This document shows positions 36,862 through 46,783 of a stretch of DNA of 64,000 nt, piece by piece. How positions within the stretch are numbered: the stretch's first letter is position 1; each line of letters starts with the position of its first letter. Position numbers and translations under genes: made by a program. The notes under the pieces are model-generated. The model did not search any database, had not been told where the DNA came from, and saw only the letters and a list, made by a program, of their open reading frames with translations. The stretch is taken from positions 12,667-76,666 of the forward strand of contig JARBUN010000013.1 of NCBI GenBank assembly GCA_029239635.1, given 5' to 3'. The stretch is from Microbacterium sp. GTDB lineage: Bacteria; Actinomycetota; Actinomycetes; Actinomycetales; Microbacteriaceae.

Positions 36862-37976
36862 GAGTGCTCCATGTCACCCCGAGCGTCGCTCGCTCGGACG
36901 GCGGGCCGGCAGAGGTCATCCGCGGCCTCCTGCCAGCCCTGCACGGTCGGGGCGTGGTGGCTGACGTTCTCACGACGGACAAGGGGCTTGCTGCAAGCGA
37001 CGACGACCTCACGACGGCTAGTTGGGTCCGTCACGTCGCGAGCACGGGCCCCACGAGTGTCACGTTCGCTCCCCAGCTCGCGTCCGCGATGTCGGACGGT
37101 CTGTCTCAGTACGACGTCGTCCATGTCCACGGGTTCCAGAGCTACCCGGGGACCATGGCAATGCGCATCGCCCGACGCGCCGGAATCCCCTACCTGATCG
37201 AGCCGCATGGCGCCCTGGATCTGTACCACTGGAGGGAGAACGCCCTCCGCAAACGTGCATGGCTGAGGATCGCCGATGCAAAGAACGTCGCCGGTCTGAG
37301 CGGGGCCATCTACTCGAGCGAGCTCGAGAAGCAACAGGCGCTCGCCGTGCTCCCCGACATCAGAGCGTTCCACATGAACCTGGCCGTCGACGAGCAGCTG
37401 TTCGCAATCGATAAGACGACGAAGAACGACGGACCGGCGAAGATCCTTTATCTGGGGCGGCTGACAAAGAAGAAGCGCGTGGACCTCGTCGTCCGCGCGC
37501 TTGCAGAGGCCCCGCTCCGACGGCGGGGGGTACGGTTGTTCATCGCCGGCGGCTCGGACGGCACGATCGAGGATCCCGACGCCCTCGCTCGCGAAATCGG
37601 TGTCGGCGACCGGGTCACCTCGCTCGGACCGGTGGACTCCGCCCGTCGACGGGATCTGCTCGCGGAGTGCGACGTGTTCGTCCTACCGAGCGAAGATGAA
37701 AGCTTCGGGGTGGCGGTCGCGGAGGCCATGGCCGCTGGAGCCCGAGTTGTCACCAGTGAGCACGTAGGCATCGCCGCGCGCGCACGGGAGAATCGCGCGC
37801 TTAGAGTGGCTCGTAACGACCCCGCGAGCATCGCTCAGGCAGTCGTCGACGCTCTTGAGGACACCGAGCTCCCCGGGCGTGCTCGCGAGCACGCCCGGCG
37901 CGAATTCCGTTGGAGCATCGCCGCTGCGCAGGCACAGCACGCATATGAGACCGCCCGCGCGGGAGACATTCGGTGA
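36858..37976 (+). CDS. Glycosyltransferase family 4
   Basis: GGPAEV, PHGAL, LGRLTKKK, PSEDESFGVAVAEAMAAG. Confidence 0.92.
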   Translation: MRVLHVTPSVARSDGGPAEVIRGLLPALHGRGVVADVLTTDKGLAASDDDLTTASWVRHVASTGPTSVTFAPQLASAMSDGLSQYDVVHVHGFQSYPGTMAMRIARRAGIPYLIEPHGALDLYHWRENALRKRAWLRIADAKNVAGLSGAIYSSELEKQQALAVLPDIRAFHMNLAVDEQLFAIDKTTKNDGPAKILYLGRLTKKKRVDLVVRALAEAPLRRRGVRLFIAGGSDGTIEDPDALAREIGVGDRVTSLGPVDSARRRDLLAECDVFVLPSEDESFGVAVAEAMAAGARVVTSEHVGIAARARENRALRVARNDPASIAQAVVDALEDTELPGRAREHARREFRWSIAAAQAQHAYETARAGDIR

Positions 37977-39061
37977 GCGCCCGTCCGTTGGTGGTCGTCA
38001 CACAGCCATACGTGCCTGCCTACCGTGTTCCCCTCTTCGAGAGCGTCCGGGAAAAGCTCTCGGGCCATGGCATCCGGTTCCTCGTCGCCGCCGGGCACCC
38101 TGTCGGTGCCCAAGCTGCCCGCGGCGATCGTGAGAACCCACCATGGCGCGTAGACATCAGATCGAAAGGAATTCACCTCGGCGCGCGGACCGTCGAGTGG
38201 CGCGCACTTCCGTCTGACCTGCAGCCCGACGTCCTGGTCTCCGAACTCGAGGCTCTCAACAACCTTGCGTGGATGAGATCGTTCGGCAGAAAGAAGCTGA
38301 TCCTCTGGGGGCACGGCCGTCCGTACGTCAACGACGCTGGAGCTCTGTCCGATCGAATTGAATGGACACTTGCTCGACGCGCCGATGCAGTCATGACCTA
38401 CGCCGACGGCGGCCGCGAGTACCTGGTGAAGAACGGCAAGCTCAATCCCGAAAGCGTCGTCACCATCGGCAACAGCACCGATTCTGCGTCCCTGCGAGCG
38501 GCGTACAACGCGGTGGGCGCGGCCGAGATGGAGCACCTTCTCATCCGATGGCCACCCGCCCCCCGCGCCTTGTTCGTGGGTGGACTCGATGCCGCCAAGC
38601 GTATCCACTTTCTCGTCGACGCAGCGATCGCGGCGCGTCAGAAGGAGCCGCGGTTCACGCTCCTCGTTGTCGGAATGGGCGAGATGCAGAACGCACTATC
38701 CCGCGCAGGTGATGCGATCGAACACATTCCTGCCGCGCGCGGCGCAGAGCTCGCGCGGTTGGGACATGTCGTCCAAGCGATGTGGATGCCTGGACGTATC
38801 GGCCTCGTGGCGGTCGATGCATTGGCCCTGGGGCTCCCGATCTTCACAACCTCTTACCGCTACCACGCACCAGAGGCCGAGTTCTTACGGGCGGGAGAGC
38901 GAGTAACTCTTCCGGACGAGCCGCAGGCATTTGCGGAGAGAGCCCTCAGTCGGATGGCGGAGCTGCCGATCGGCGATCGAATTCTGCGTTCAGACATCCC
39001 TACGATCGAGTCGGTGTCTCAGAACTTCGCCGACGTCGTCATGAAGGTGCTCGATCGCTAG
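37973..39061 (+). CDS. Glycosyltransferase (GT-B fold)
   Basis: QPYVPAYRVPLF, LWGHG, FVGGLDAAKR, MPGRIGLVAVDAL. Confidence 0.85.
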   Translation: MSARPLVVVTQPYVPAYRVPLFESVREKLSGHGIRFLVAAGHPVGAQAARGDRENPPWRVDIRSKGIHLGARTVEWRALPSDLQPDVLVSELEALNNLAWMRSFGRKKLILWGHGRPYVNDAGALSDRIEWTLARRADAVMTYADGGREYLVKNGKLNPESVVTIGNSTDSASLRAAYNAVGAAEMEHLLIRWPPAPRALFVGGLDAAKRIHFLVDAAIAARQKEPRFTLLVVGMGEMQNALSRAGDAIEHIPAARGAELARLGHVVQAMWMPGRIGLVAVDALALGLPIFTTSYRYHAPEAEFLRAGERVTLPDEPQAFAERALSRMAELPIGDRILRSDIPTIESVSQNFADVVMKVLDR

Positions 39062-39114
39062 CTGCGAGAGCATTGCCCGTACGTCATAACAAGGTCGTGG
39101 ACCTGGTCTGTCGA

Positions 39115-40386
39115 TCACCGCTCTCGCAGCGGGAGGGTCGTTTGCGATTCTCCTGTTGAGGCGATTCGACCGTCCTCGTAACGATGTCCGACGCACAAAG
39201 CCGTGGCGATCAAAATCGGCCAATACGTCGCCCGCTCCATGAAGACGGGGTTGAAGAAACCGAAGCTGATCAGCGCCGCGACCGTGATGAGCGCGTAGGG
39301 CGCGATCGGCGATCGCCTATGCCTCCACAACGCAGGGACTGGCGAGAACACGAATGCGTAGTAGCCGATGGCGAAGAGGATCCCGCCCGCCGTCAGCACG
39401 GTCAGGGGAACGGACACACCTGCTTGGCTCTCGAAACCCGCTCCCGTCAGCGGGTTCCGGAGCAAGAGGTTCAAGGCGCTTTCATTGAGGGTCGACCGGC
39501 CCGCATCGCTGAGGGCCCCCGCGCCGTCCGCGAGACGCGAGTCGGCGAGGACGAGGGGCACGGCGAACCACGCCCCCACCGCGGCGAGGATCAGTACGGG
39601 CCAGGCGATGGAGCGCAAGCGCGAGCGAGCGATGGAGACGATCGTTCCCAACCCGAAAGCCGGAAGACCCACGAGCAAGGCTGCTCGCGACTCGCTGAGC
39701 AATCCTCCCCACAGGATCAGAACGAGGCAGAGCACCCACAGGATCCTGCCGCGCTCCCTGGCGATGAGGAAAAGGCACGGCGCGATCGCCAGGCTGACCG
39801 AGAATGCGAGAGAGTTCGGGTGCGACGCTAAACCGCTGAGCCGTTCGCCTGTTGCCTGCGTCAAGATGCCAGCAAAGGAAACGACGCCGAACGAGACGGC
39901 GAGTGCGGTGAGCCCGTTGAACGCGATGCCGGCGACCCACACCTTCAGAAGTCGTCGGAGGTAGCCGCTACCGAACCACGACTGAAAACTGAGCACGATC
40001 ATCGCCACCGCGAACATGGTCAGGAAGATGCGCAGGAGCATCACCGCATCGAAAGGGGCATCTTTGACGATCGTGTTCCAGGCCGATACGACCGCCGCCG
40101 CGACCAGCGGCACGAGCATCCAGCCACGGACCTCGAGCGACCTTCGATGAAAGAAGGCCGTTGCGACAAGAAGAACGACGGTTACCCCGAGCGCATAATC
40201 GACGACGTTGAAGCCCCCGAATGTCGCGCCTGTCCAGGACGACGAAAACGCCGCGGCGTACGTCACCCATCGCAAAGCAGTCGTGCCACGGACGTCGGTC
40301 TCCAGGTGACGGATGTCATCGTCAGACGGCGGGCGTGTCATCGCGCCCGCGGTCAGCGTCCGATCCCGTTCGCGAGAGTTCATCAT
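39115..40386 (-). CDS. O-antigen ligase/Wzy-type polysaccharide polymerase
   Basis: ~11 TM segments; RLSGLASHPNSLA, SESRAA, NPLTGAG. Confidence 0.8.
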   Translation of the reverse strand: MMNSRERDRTLTAGAMTRPPSDDDIRHLETDVRGTTALRWVTYAAAFSSSWTGATFGGFNVVDYALGVTVVLLVATAFFHRRSLEVRGWMLVPLVAAAVVSAWNTIVKDAPFDAVMLLRIFLTMFAVAMIVLSFQSWFGSGYLRRLLKVWVAGIAFNGLTALAVSFGVVSFAGILTQATGERLSGLASHPNSLAFSVSLAIAPCLFLIARERGRILWVLCLVLILWGGLLSESRAALLVGLPAFGLGTIVSIARSRLRSIAWPVLILAAVGAWFAVPLVLADSRLADGAGALSDAGRSTLNESALNLLLRNPLTGAGFESQAGVSVPLTVLTAGGILFAIGYYAFVFSPVPALWRHRRSPIAPYALITVAALISFGFFNPVFMERATYWPILIATALCVGHRYEDGRIASTGESQTTLPLRER

Positions 40387-40431
40387 CCACCACCTTTCCC
40401 CGAGAAGGACCGCTCAGATTCGCTACAGCGC

Positions 40432-41274
40432 TCAACGCGCTTTCATGCAGCGGTGGCGCACCTCGTCATCCCAATCGCTCGCCGCTTCATCAGCTGAAGC
40501 CTCCCATACGCGCGCATGCGGGCGGTACGCGTCTCCCCCTGTCTGGACCACCATAGGGACGTCCCCGAGGAATGCGCCCCATGCACTGAATGTCGAGCGG
40601 CTGCCGACTATTCCGGCCGCATGTGACATGAAGACCATGTCATCGAGTGCGTTTCGCCCTGTGGACCGGAAGACACCGGGTTCGCGCAGGAGCGGCGCGA
40701 GCTCGATGTCGTCTCCGTCGGAACAGACGAACATGCGAATTCCGGGATGCGCGTCGCGGGCCGCCCTCGCGCGAGCGACGAACCACTCGATCGGGGAACT
40801 CGTGTTGTTCTTCGACACCCCGGATTCGGAAGCCCCGACCCGGGAGAAGTCGCCCAGGCGCACGTGGAACGCGATGTATGGCTCCTGGAGCGGAGGAGAA
40901 ACGACACCGCGGCGGGCATGGGCGAGCAGAAGGTCGCGAAACTCGGGACCACTGATGCTCACACCGTCAAAGTACTTTTCCATACCCCGGACAGTTACGT
41001 AAGGGTGGCTCGAGCTCGATCCGTCGTACGGAACTCCGTGAGCCTTCGCCCAGGTGAGGCGCAGCACCGAGGACAGGCCGGGTGTACGGAAAAGGATCCA
41101 GTACATCCGCTTGTCTCGTTCCCGACGAAGAATCGGGCCGATCTTGAGCTGGAACCATGTGGGCCAGAGGACAACTCGCGATTCTCTGGCGGCGATGTCA
41201 GCGGCACGGAGGAGGGGGAAGAGTTCGTTGCCCAGCCCCGCTCGGCCGATCAGGGGTGCGACGAACATCCTCAC
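40432..41274 (-). CDS. Alpha-1,2-fucosyltransferase-like protein (GT11)
   Basis: GLGNELF, FHVRLGDF, CSD and STFSAWGAFL motifs; same locus as gmd/fcl. Confidence 0.8.
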   Translation of the reverse strand: MRMFVAPLIGRAGLGNELFPLLRAADIAARESRVVLWPTWFQLKIGPILRRERDKRMYWILFRTPGLSSVLRLTWAKAHGVPYDGSSSSHPYVTVRGMEKYFDGVSISGPEFRDLLLAHARRGVVSPPLQEPYIAFHVRLGDFSRVGASESGVSKNNTSSPIEWFVARARAARDAHPGIRMFVCSDGDDIELAPLLREPGVFRSTGRNALDDMVFMSHAAGIVGSRSTFSAWGAFLGDVPMVVQTGGDAYRPHARVWEASADEAASDWDDEVRHRCMKAR

Positions 41275-41786
41275 GGCGCAGATTCCTCTTGGTCGAGCCT
41301 CTTGATCAGACGAGCCGGCACACCCGCATAGAGGCAATTCGCCTCGGTCGAGCGCGTGACGACAGCGCCCGCCGCGATGATGTTACCTTCTGCGACAGAG
41401 ACCCCCGGAAGGATCGTCGCACCACTGCAGATCCACGTTCCGCGCCCGACGGTGATCGCGGCGCTGCGGCCGGGTCCAGCCCTGCGGTGGGACGGTCCGA
41501 CCTCGTGGTCGGACGTGACGAACCGGACGTGATTTCCGACTCGAACCCCGCTCTCAATGCGAATAGGAGCCTGCATGTCGAAGTGGCAGGACTGATTGAT
41601 GAAGACGTCGTCCTCAATCGTGAGGCGCATTTGCGAGTGATAGGTGGAGCCGCCGTACATCAGCACGTTGTCGCCGACGGAGGCGCCTGCGCGCCGCAGG
41701 AGCGCGGGTCGGAAGCGGTGAGGCAGGAGAGAGAGTGCCGCCATCTCTGAGAGCACATCTTGGAACCATTTTCGACCGGGCATCAT
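41271..41786 (-). CDS. Sugar O-acetyltransferase (hexapeptide repeat)
   Basis: TSDH, WICSGATILPGV, AGAVVT, AGVPAR. Confidence 0.9.
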   Translation of the reverse strand: MMPGRKWFQDVLSEMAALSLLPHRFRPALLRRAGASVGDNVLMYGGSTYHSQMRLTIEDDVFINQSCHFDMQAPIRIESGVRVGNHVRFVTSDHEVGPSHRRAGPGRSAAITVGRGTWICSGATILPGVSVAEGNIIAAGAVVTRSTEANCLYAGVPARLIKRLDQEESAP

Positions 41787-43036
41787 GAGTTCCCTTCAGT
41801 GCGGCTCGGCTTGCCGATGCCCCGCAGCGCACCGATCGCGGGCCAGATAGTGATGGTGAAAGCGATGACTTCCGCCAGCAGGTAGGCCCATGCGACACCG
41901 CCGACGCCGAAGGCGATACCCCCAGCGACCATTCCGGAAAGTCCCACAATCGAGGCGACCGTCGCCGCCACCGCGAGGGTCGCCGTCTTCTTGAGAGGAA
42001 CCAAGCAGGCCCGTCCGACCAAGGACGACATGAGCGCCATTCCCATAGCGCCGCCCAAGGAGAAGGAGATCTCGTATGGAACCTCGATCGCCCCGTGCGA
42101 CAGGAGTGCTCCCAGAAGCGGAGCCAGGAAACCGAAGCCGACCAACGTCGCCGCTCCCAGTCCAGCTCCAACACCGATCGTCCGGCGAATACGTGAGAGA
42201 AGCTCCTCGTGCGATCTCGCAGCAGGCACATATCCCTGGGCCACCTGCGTCACCGGAGCAAGCGCAAGGGCTGCAATCCGGAAGAGTCGGTCCGCCATGG
42301 CATACGTCACGACACCGGAACCCGCGAAGTTGGTGACGACGACAAGGGGCGAGTTCTGGTAAAGCGACGTGAGGATGGCGTTCCAGAAGCCAGCGCCTCC
42401 CGCTGCGACGGTGCCGGTGATGTCGCGAACGGCCACGCGCTCGCCGCGGGGGTAGCGCCGGCGGATCGACATCCAGGAAAAAGCGAGAGCACCGAGCTGC
42501 CCGAGAAGCTGGCCGATGACGAACAGCAAGATGTTCGAGGTCGCGAGGATCAGCACGATGCCGATCACGGTTCCCCCCGCTCGCGGAAGGACATCGAGCG
42601 AGTTGAGCTTCGATGGGCGCGACTCCCCGACGAAGAACCATGACGCCGTGAGTCCGCCGATCACCGGCGTCAGCCCAGCGACCAAAGCGGCGGCGGTGGT
42701 CGAGGACCATCCAACGGAGACGAGGATCACGGCGATAGCGACCGCGGCCGCCGGCACAAGGATCAGCGCCCTCGAGATGAGGGAGATGAGGAAGATCCGT
42801 CCGCGTTCAGAATCCGGAGCGGCCGCAACGGCGGCTGGACCGATCACCGGCCAGCCGAAGGCGACGACCGTCGCCGCTATGGAACCCGCAGCCTGTGCGA
42901 CGGCGAGAGCAGACCACGCTGCCGCCCCTGCCACCTGAATCACGACAGGGACACTGACGACACCTACGAGCGCGCTGATGGCGACGGAGAGAAAGTATCC
43001 GGAGCCCGACCTAACGAGATGAGGAGTCTTCACCAT
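41783..43036 (-). CDS. Wzx-type polysaccharide flippase
   Basis: ~12 TM segments, WFFVG, YAMADRL; within the EPS operon. Confidence 0.8.
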   Translation of the reverse strand: MVKTPHLVRSGSGYFLSVAISALVGVVSVPVVIQVAGAAAWSALAVAQAAGSIAATVVAFGWPVIGPAAVAAAPDSERGRIFLISLISRALILVPAAAVAIAVILVSVGWSSTTAAALVAGLTPVIGGLTASWFFVGESRPSKLNSLDVLPRAGGTVIGIVLILATSNILLFVIGQLLGQLGALAFSWMSIRRRYPRGERVAVRDITGTVAAGGAGFWNAILTSLYQNSPLVVVTNFAGSGVVTYAMADRLFRIAALALAPVTQVAQGYVPAARSHEELLSRIRRTIGVGAGLGAATLVGFGFLAPLLGALLSHGAIEVPYEISFSLGGAMGMALMSSLVGRACLVPLKKTATLAVAATVASIVGLSGMVAGGIAFGVGGVAWAYLLAEVIAFTITIWPAIGALRGIGKPSRTEGNS

Positions 43037-43932
43037 TGCCCGCCCTGGGAGGACATCTCCCGCACGACGTGCCGAAGTCTCTCAGGGTCGTCACCCTTCG
43101 CCTTTCGAGCAAAGAACTCGAGGGGTCCACCGATATGTCGCAACTCATCTGGCGACAGATAACGAGTGAGCGAGCGATCGATGTGATGGAGATTCGCGAA
43201 ATCTGCGGTGCGTTTGTCACCCTTGGGCTGTGGCGGCGCCGAGGTGGTTCTCGACGCCCAGTCGCCGCTGTGGATGAGCGTGTGGAAGTAGATCTCATCC
43301 GGGGCGAGCGCGTGGCGGAGAAGGCCGGCGAGGCGCGACCGCGTGCCGACGTCGGACATCATCGACTCCACCGCCGCCGCGGTGAGTGCGGTCCATTGGC
43401 TGCCGGCGACCATCGTGAAGTCAGAGAATTCGCTCTTCTTCTTCGGCGGAGTCACCAGCTGTTTGACTTTGCGCGCGGCGGCCGCCCCGCGACGCCGAAG
43501 TCCCTGAGCACGCGCATCGAACTTGTCGAAATGCCATTCACGGAGTATCCGACGTTCGTTCATCTCGTAACCGTCTAGCAGAAGCCCAGCTCGGCAGTAG
43601 AGCACGCCCGGCCTTTCGGCGAAGAGTGCCTCCAGCTCGGTGAGCGGCCGAATCGGAACGCATTGGCCGGACAGTAACACGATGTAGTCGTCCGGTGATG
43701 TGCATTTTTCCAACGCAACCGCGTAGAGCTTCTCTGTCGCTTCGACGACTGAGAAGCCTCCCCACCTGACGTTTGTTCGGTCTCTGACGTAGGTGATGTT
43801 CTCGGCTAGCGGATACTCGCCCTGATTCGAGGTCGCATCAACGTGAACCACAATTTGATGGGGGCTGAGAGCCTCCGCAGCGACACGGAAAACCCGCGAA
43901 TCGCCATGCGTGAGAACAGCGAAGACCGTCAC
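43030..43932 (-). CDS. Glycosyltransferase family 14 (core-2/I-branching-like)
   Basis: HVD, VRWGGFSVVEA, LLSGQCVPIRP, GSQW, PDEIYFHT, FARK; start approximate. Confidence 0.85.
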   Translation of the reverse strand: MTVFAVLTHGDSRVFRVAAEALSPHQIVVHVDATSNQGEYPLAENITYVRDRTNVRWGGFSVVEATEKLYAVALEKCTSPDDYIVLLSGQCVPIRPLTELEALFAERPGVLYCRAGLLLDGYEMNERRILREWHFDKFDARAQGLRRRGAAAARKVKQLVTPPKKKSEFSDFTMVAGSQWTALTAAAVESMMSDVGTRSRLAGLLRHALAPDEIYFHTLIHSGDWASRTTSAPPQPKGDKRTADFANLHHIDRSLTRYLSPDELRHIGGPLEFFARKAKGDDPERLRHVVREMSSQGGQW

Positions 43933-44197
43933 GGACGAGGGCTCGATCCGACCATCGAACGGGCTACACCAAAACTGAGTCTCCGCACCGGCAGAGTGTT
44001 GATCGGATCGACCGAGAACAACGGGGTGCACTGGACGGTGCGGTGGACTGCCACAGTTCCCCTCGCCCCTTTCGCCCGCGCTGTGTTCCTGCGGGTATCG
44101 GCTGAACACTAACAGCCCGACATGATCCTCAAAATCATCGGCATGTGAACATCCAATTTCGAGCCCGTCGTCACGAGCTCCCCGGAAGCGCGGACTG

Positions 44198-45001
44198 CTA
44201 CGCCAGGATCGTGCCGACAACTGCCAGCACCAGGTAGCTCACGTTGTAGACCACGTGCGTCAGGACTGCGCCCCAGATCCGTCCGCTCAACAGCACGACC
44301 AGACCGCACGCGGCGCCAACGCAGAAAAACTGGATACCGTCCGCCAGCGACAAGGAATTGAAGGCAGCGTGCAAGAGCACGAAGCTGCCAGCCGAGGCGA
44401 GGAGGGCTGTGGTCGCGGCGGCGACAGCACCGACACTTCGCCGGAGCAACTGATAGATACCGACCAGGATCACCGCTCGGAAGAGGAACTCCTCGATCAC
44501 CGGGGCGACGAGGACAGAGGGGACACCGTAGCTCCATACCCAGCCCCACACCGACGAGTCAACGAAGCCCGGGAGGCTGGGGAACGTCGACGAACCCGCT
44601 CCGCTGAGCCACCCCTGCAGAAGGCGCAGACCGCATCCGATTCCCAAACCCCACAGGAGGTCAATCGAGCGCACTCGAAGCAACCCCGCGGGGCGGCTCC
44701 GCCGAAGTGCGACGATCACCGGAAGTCCGAGCCCCACCCACAGCGCCACGGAAGACGCGAGCGGCGCCCATGCACCACCCAACCGGCTCAGCGTCACGCT
44801 CACGACGAGCCCCCCACCGACACCGAAGAGTGCGGCTGTCAGCACGAGATAGTTCCATTTCCGAACCGCCGCGCCGCCTTGTCGCCAATCCAAACGCCGA
44901 CGCCGGCGCCCGCGCGGGCGGTGCGAATCAGCAGAAGCGGCTGACCCGTCGGCGACAAGACTCCCGTCCGTCGGAGTGACATCGCGGGGATTCTCGGACA
45001 C
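44198..45001 (-). CDS. CPBP (Abi/CAAX) family intramembrane glutamic protease
   Basis: APVIEEFLFR, LLHA and THVVYN motifs. Confidence 0.88.
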   Translation of the reverse strand: MSENPRDVTPTDGSLVADGSAASADSHRPRGRRRRRLDWRQGGAAVRKWNYLVLTAALFGVGGGLVVSVTLSRLGGAWAPLASSVALWVGLGLPVIVALRRSRPAGLLRVRSIDLLWGLGIGCGLRLLQGWLSGAGSSTFPSLPGFVDSSVWGWVWSYGVPSVLVAPVIEEFLFRAVILVGIYQLLRRSVGAVAAATTALLASAGSFVLLHAAFNSLSLADGIQFFCVGAACGLVVLLSGRIWGAVLTHVVYNVSYLVLAVVGTILA

Positions 45002-45250
45002 GGGGCAAACCTATCGCCCATGCGCCGCTGACAGAACTCCCCCGACGTGGTCTTTATCCCCTACCTCGGGACTCGATTTTGACGCACGAAGTCCGTCGCG
45101 CGCGTAGGCAGAAGGTGCATTCCGTCGACACGAACAGGAAGTGACGGTTGGGCATGGCCGTTGCAAATCCGGAAACAATAGGTGTGGCACACTGAGTGGG
45201 ATTCTCCGACCTCTGCAACGCAGGTCGACAGCGCGTCTTCGAGAGGCACC

Positions 45251-46774
45251 ATGGAGCTCAGTGATCACATCCGCACCCTGCGCAAGAACTGGCTTCTGAT
45301 CGTCGCGCTGACGTTCTTGGGGTTGGCCGTAGTGGCGGGTTACACGCTGACGCGGACCCCCATCTACGAATCGTCGAGCACCGTGTTCGTCTCGACTCAA
45401 GCGGGAAGCACTGCCGCAGAACTTCAGCAAGGTTCATCCTTTGCCCAGGCGCGCATCAATACCTACGTCGGATTGGCGACGATGCCCGTCGTGCTGGATC
45501 CGGTCATCACGGAACTCGGCCTTCCGACTTCGTCGGATTCCCTCGCGAGCTCCGTCAAGGCATCCGCGAGTCTGAACTCGACGTTGATCACCGTTACCGT
45601 TTCAAACTCCGACGCAGTGCGCGCCGCCGAGATTGCGAACGCTGTCGCCGACAGTCTGGCGACGAAAGTTCCTGAGTTGGAGCCTGAGGCAGGCGACGGG
45701 ACCAGCCCTGTTCGCCTCAGCCGGGTGAAGGACGCCCAGCCAGCAGTGCAGCCGTCGAGCCCGAACGTCGCCCTGAACCTGACGCTCGGCGCCCTCCTCG
45801 GACTCGCAGCCGGCCTAGGCACGGCAGCACTGCGGAGCCGTCTCGATAATCGCGTCCGCACGCCGCGCGACGCCGAGCAGATCACGGGCGCACCGGGGAT
45901 CGGCGCGATCGCCTTCGACACGAAGGCGAAGGATCGCCCGCTCATCGTTCACGCGGATCCGCTGAGCCCGCGTGCCGAATCATTCCGCGCGCTGCGCACG
46001 AACCTGCAGTTCCTGGACATGGGAGGGCGATCAAGTTTCGTCGTAACGAGCTCGGTGCCCAGCGAGGGGAAGTCGACTACGACGATCAACCTCGCCATCG
46101 CGCTGGCCGACGCCGGTAAGCGCGTGGCACTGCTGGACACAGATCTGCGCAAACCAAAGGTGGCAGAGTACCTGAGCATCGAGGGTGGCGCAGGGCTGAC
46201 CGATGTTCTCATCGGGCGAGCGAAGATCAACGACGTCATGCTCGCCTGGGGCGGTCGTAGCCTCTACGTACTGCCCGCAGGGAAGATTCCGCCCAATCCG
46301 AGCGAGCTCCTGGGCTCGCAGCAGATGGGGACACTGCTCCAGATGCTCGAGCGCGATTTCGACGTCGTTCTTTGCGATGCTCCTCCTTTGCTTCCCGTGA
46401 CTGATGCGGCCATCCTCGCGCGCGCCACCAGTGGCGCATTGATGATCGTTTCCGCGGGCCGCACAACCCGCCACCAGCTCACCCTGGCGACGGAAGCGCT
46501 GAACACCGTGGGAGCCAAGCTGGCAGGCTTCGTGATGTCCATGGTGCCGACTCGCGGACCCGACTCGTACTACTCGGCCTACGGCTACGGGTACGGCTAC
46601 CGCTACCGCTACGTCGAGACGGCTCCGGCGAAGAAGAAGACCGCACGTTCGACCGCAGGACAGCGGCGGCGCTCGGGGCGTGCCAGCGACTCGTCCGAGT
46701 CCCCGGCACTGGGAGAACTCGGGTTCTCCTCCCGCCGCACGACCCGCGGGTCCAGCAGAGACACTGATGCGTAA
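45251..46774 (+). CDS. Polysaccharide co-polymerase/tyrosine autokinase (Wzc-like)
   Basis: Wzz-type N-terminus, AESFRALRTN, EGKSTT, DTDLRKP, DAPP, Tyr cluster YYSAYGYGYGY. Confidence 0.93.
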   Translation: MELSDHIRTLRKNWLLIVALTFLGLAVVAGYTLTRTPIYESSSTVFVSTQAGSTAAELQQGSSFAQARINTYVGLATMPVVLDPVITELGLPTSSDSLASSVKASASLNSTLITVTVSNSDAVRAAEIANAVADSLATKVPELEPEAGDGTSPVRLSRVKDAQPAVQPSSPNVALNLTLGALLGLAAGLGTAALRSRLDNRVRTPRDAEQITGAPGIGAIAFDTKAKDRPLIVHADPLSPRAESFRALRTNLQFLDMGGRSSFVVTSSVPSEGKSTTTINLAIALADAGKRVALLDTDLRKPKVAEYLSIEGGAGLTDVLIGRAKINDVMLAWGGRSLYVLPAGKIPPNPSELLGSQQMGTLLQMLERDFDVVLCDAPPLLPVTDAAILARATSGALMIVSAGRTTRHQLTLATEALNTVGAKLAGFVMSMVPTRGPDSYYSAYGYGYGYRYRYVETAPAKKKTARSTAGQRRRSGRASDSSESPALGELGFSSRRTTRGSSRDTDA

Positions 46775-46783
46775 AGCGACGAC

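Noticed and set aside
43933-44220. N-terminal extension of the GT14 ORF, or a separate small gene
   Set aside because: Sequence is not protein-like; the family-like region starts near 43932
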